A stretch of 64,000 nucleotides of DNA from Blepharisma stoltei ATCC 30299 (taxonomy: Eukaryota; Protista; Ciliophora). Location of the stretch: positions 248,001-312,000 of the forward strand of contig CBFDEM010000037.1 in NCBI GenBank assembly GCA_965603825.1, written 5' to 3'. Below, in pieces: positions 61,293-64,000 of the stretch; position 1 is the stretch's first letter, and the number at the start of each line of letters is the position of its first letter. The translations under genes and the position numbers were made by a program. The notes under the pieces are model-generated. The model was not told the origin of the DNA, ran no database searches, and was given only the letters and a program-made list of their open reading frames with translations.

Positions 61293-62231
61293 TTAATTAT
61301 TAGTTAAAACCAGCTCAACAGGATGATGGTCACTTCCAGGAATATCATCATGAATCAAGCTGTCCCTTACCCTTGGCATTAATCTTTGACTGACCACAAT
61401 ATAATCCAGCCTCCATCCCATATTTTCACTTTTTGCTCTCACATTTTTCGCGCTATACCATGAGTATTTTCTTTCTTGAGGGTGCAGATTTCTAAAGGAG
61501 TCTACAAATCCTTGTCCTAGAGTAACTGTAAACTGCTCTCTTTCTTGCTTTGTGCATCCTGCACATTTATCTTTCCCTTTCATATCATAAATATCAATAT
61601 CTTGATGTACCACATTTAAGTCCCCAAGCCAAACTACGCTTTTTCCTCTATTTTCCAGTCCTTTTATATAATTTCTGAAATCAACGTCCCATTCCTCAGT
61701 TCTATATTTAAGTCTTTCTAATTTTTGGCCAGCATTTGGAATATAAGTGGAAACTACAAAAAAGGTGTCGAATTCAACTGTTATAACCCTGCCTTCATCA
61801 TCATGCTTACGGCTACCAATTCCATATTCAATACTAATTGGCTCTGTTTTACTTAAAATTGCTGTCCCTGAATAACCTTTTTTAGCTCTGCTGCAGGACC
61901 AGTATTGATAAGGGAAAGTTGAAAATGTTCGACGGAATTCTGGAATGTTGGCATCTTGAAGTTTAGTTTCATTGAAGCAAAGGACGTCAATATTTTCGCG
62001 GCTTGCAAGCTCATTGAGGTTAGGCCTTTTTATGCACGCGCGGATTCCATTGATATTCCAAGAGACTATACGAATTTCAGGGCGCGAAAATTGCCCTGTG
62101 CTACTTGTTTGGAGCTTGGCTTCTTCTGCAATTAGAGTTGTTTGCTTAGTGGTTTTAGGCAATTTAATAGGCTTTTTTTCTTCTTCTTCACTGTCTGCTG
62201 CTTTCCTTTTTGCCGGCTTCTTTTCTTTCAT
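61293..62231 (-). CDS. APEX1: AP endonuclease / exonuclease III family
   Basis: SWNINGIRA, NETK, GYSGTA, EGRVIT, YIPNAG, GDLNV, GWRLDY, GSDHHP. Confidence 0.93.
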   Translation of the reverse strand: MKEKKPAKRKAADSEEEEKKPIKLPKTTKQTTLIAEEAKLQTSSTGQFSRPEIRIVSWNINGIRACIKRPNLNELASRENIDVLCFNETKLQDANIPEFRRTFSTFPYQYWSCSRAKKGYSGTAILSKTEPISIEYGIGSRKHDDEGRVITVEFDTFFVVSTYIPNAGQKLERLKYRTEEWDVDFRNYIKGLENRGKSVVWLGDLNVVHQDIDIYDMKGKDKCAGCTKQEREQFTVTLGQGFVDSFRNLHPQERKYSWYSAKNVRAKSENMGWRLDYIVVSQRLMPRVRDSLIHDDIPGSDHHPVELVLTNN

Positions 62232-62414
62232 ATTAATTATAAGAAATGAATAGATTTTTTGATATATTTGAGAATATAGAAAATTATTAGGAAAAATAAG
62301 ACAGAAAATTTATTGGCAAGTTAATATTTCCCAATATCTATTTTAAAGTTATATCCAAATAAATCTTTGGCTTCCAATTTAGATTAAGTTAAAAGGGTAC
62401 CTTATTTATCCATT

Positions 62415-64000
62415 TTATTCGTTGATCGATCTATTTTCAGAAGGACAAGGATCAATTTCAATGCTTTTATTTCTATCATCAGCTAGAATTGATGAAAAAT
62501 TTTCTAATTCAATGTCTTGAGTACTATTTATAATTCTACTCCCAGTAATATATAAATATTTCGAATTATTGATTACTTGAGTATTAGTTTCATATCCAAT
62601 TTTGTACTTTTTCCTTTTAAATAATCTACTTAGTAAAATTAAAGTAGTATCTTTTGCATCTTTTAAAAAGCTACTGAAAATTTTTGGCAATATATAAAGG
62701 ATGAACAGTAAATTTGCAAAGATAGTTATAATAAAGATAAAAACTTCACTAGAATAATCTAATTTTCCAGTAGCAAAGAATAAGCCAGTGAAGATTGTGA
62801 TTAATAAAATGAGTTTTGCTAGCAATTCAGCGTTGTTTAAGTATGTATCTGTAAATGGCTTATTTCTGTTTTGGAAATGGAAAAATAAAATTAAAATCAC
62901 TATTGCAGTGAGCGCTTGCAATGGTAGAGTAATATTTGATAAATACACTGAGAAGCAAATTAAAATAATTTTACTATAAAAGATAAAAAACTCCCAATAG
63001 AAATATTCTGTAGTGTAGCCATGACAAATGAACTCATATTTTAACTTGTCTGATCCTCCGCCCTGCACCCTTCTCAATCTTAAAACTTTCGTAAATAAAT
63101 ATGCTGGCCCTAAAATTCCTCATAGCAGTATTGATGGCAAGCCTATCGAAAATGCATAAAATAAATGCTCGCTAGTTCAGCACTGAATTTCAAGATTTTC
63201 ATTTAGCCAAAATTCTCCTTGGCTAATTTCTTTGCAGCTAAAAATTTTGAAAAATGGCTGCATCAAGTGTGGGTGAATTAAAAATAGTAAAACAATCCAT
63301 ATTGAGATAAAATAATGGGAAAATTCCGAAAAGCTTTTCTTTTTATATAAGAAATAAAGAGATAGCAGAATTAAGCATATGTTTCCTAATAAGAAAGGTG
63401 CAGAACTAATAATAAAAAAATTCGTATAAAATACACTTTTTTGAGAATCTAACTGTAAAAAGCAATCAATAGAAAAAATCTGCTCCATAATAAAATTCAT
63501 ACTAGACTCAATATGAAATAATTTCATAATTTCTTTTGGCCAGTTCAAATTGAAAGTCGTAATGATAGTTAAAATATGCAAATAATTTCAAAAAATTTTG
63601 ATATAAACTGGCGTATATGTTTGTGTGCCAAGTATAGATTTTTTTACAGTAATCCAAATTAAGAGAGTAATAACAGTAAGTACTCCTATAAATCCAAAGA
63701 AGTTCATAAAATTAATTCATCTTTCCGGACAAATTTTACAATAATTTTCATATAGCCTTCCATATCCATATTGACAAGCTTGGCACAATTTTCCCTCATA
63801 TCCTTTTTTACAAACTCCTGTATATGATAAATTTTTTGGATCAGGAGAACCTAAACATGCTGAAGGATTGGGACATCTCCAAAACACTTCAGTATCATTA
63901 CTTTCTCTCCAGTATCCTTCTTTAGGAACAATTGAAGAGTTTCCATAGCAGACAGCATGTTCTGGACAAGTAATGCACTCTGTATTATTTAATTCTAAGC
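62415..64000 (-). CDS. 3' part of a large multi-pass membrane protein with Cys-rich (ephrin-receptor-like/GCC2-GCC3) ectodomain
   Basis: CPEHAVC..GYWR..CPNPSACLG..CKKGYEGKLCQAC..GY followed by many TM helices; TGA=W joins the ORFs. Confidence 0.8.

Overview
Gene-dense, AT-rich eukaryotic DNA, most likely the somatic (macronuclear) genome of a heterotrich ciliate, best fitting Blepharisma. Two signals support this. (1) In-frame TGA repeatedly sits where homologous families have an invariant Trp, while genes end in TAA/TAG, so UGA=Trp. (2) Genes are split by 15-16 nt GT..AG introns with an A six bases from the 3' end. The supplied ORF track therefore fragments many genes and misses some; re-read with this code the window holds about 50 genes. 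Recognisable genes include PAH, a sirtuin, 14-3-3, RPL31, RPL18A, CDKL, CDPK, PLK4, a SIN1-like protein, IFT57, KRR1, SerRS, CCDC61, CEP70-like, a PDE, RNF141-like and APEX1. There are two fast-evolving tandem arrays. The first (29.2-37.3 kb) has five members encoding PVL-type FG-GAP beta-propeller lectin-like proteins with a C-terminal membrane anchor: 3 intact, 1 5'-truncated and 1 relic. The second (45.7-49.9 kb) has three Zn-finger/coiled-coil/Kelch-like genes; the middle copy carries a 169-bp deletion whose junction looks like a TA-bounded (IES-like) excision. I recognised no tRNA, rRNA, CRISPR array, telomeric repeat or transposase. All calls are from reading the sequence by eye; no searches were run.
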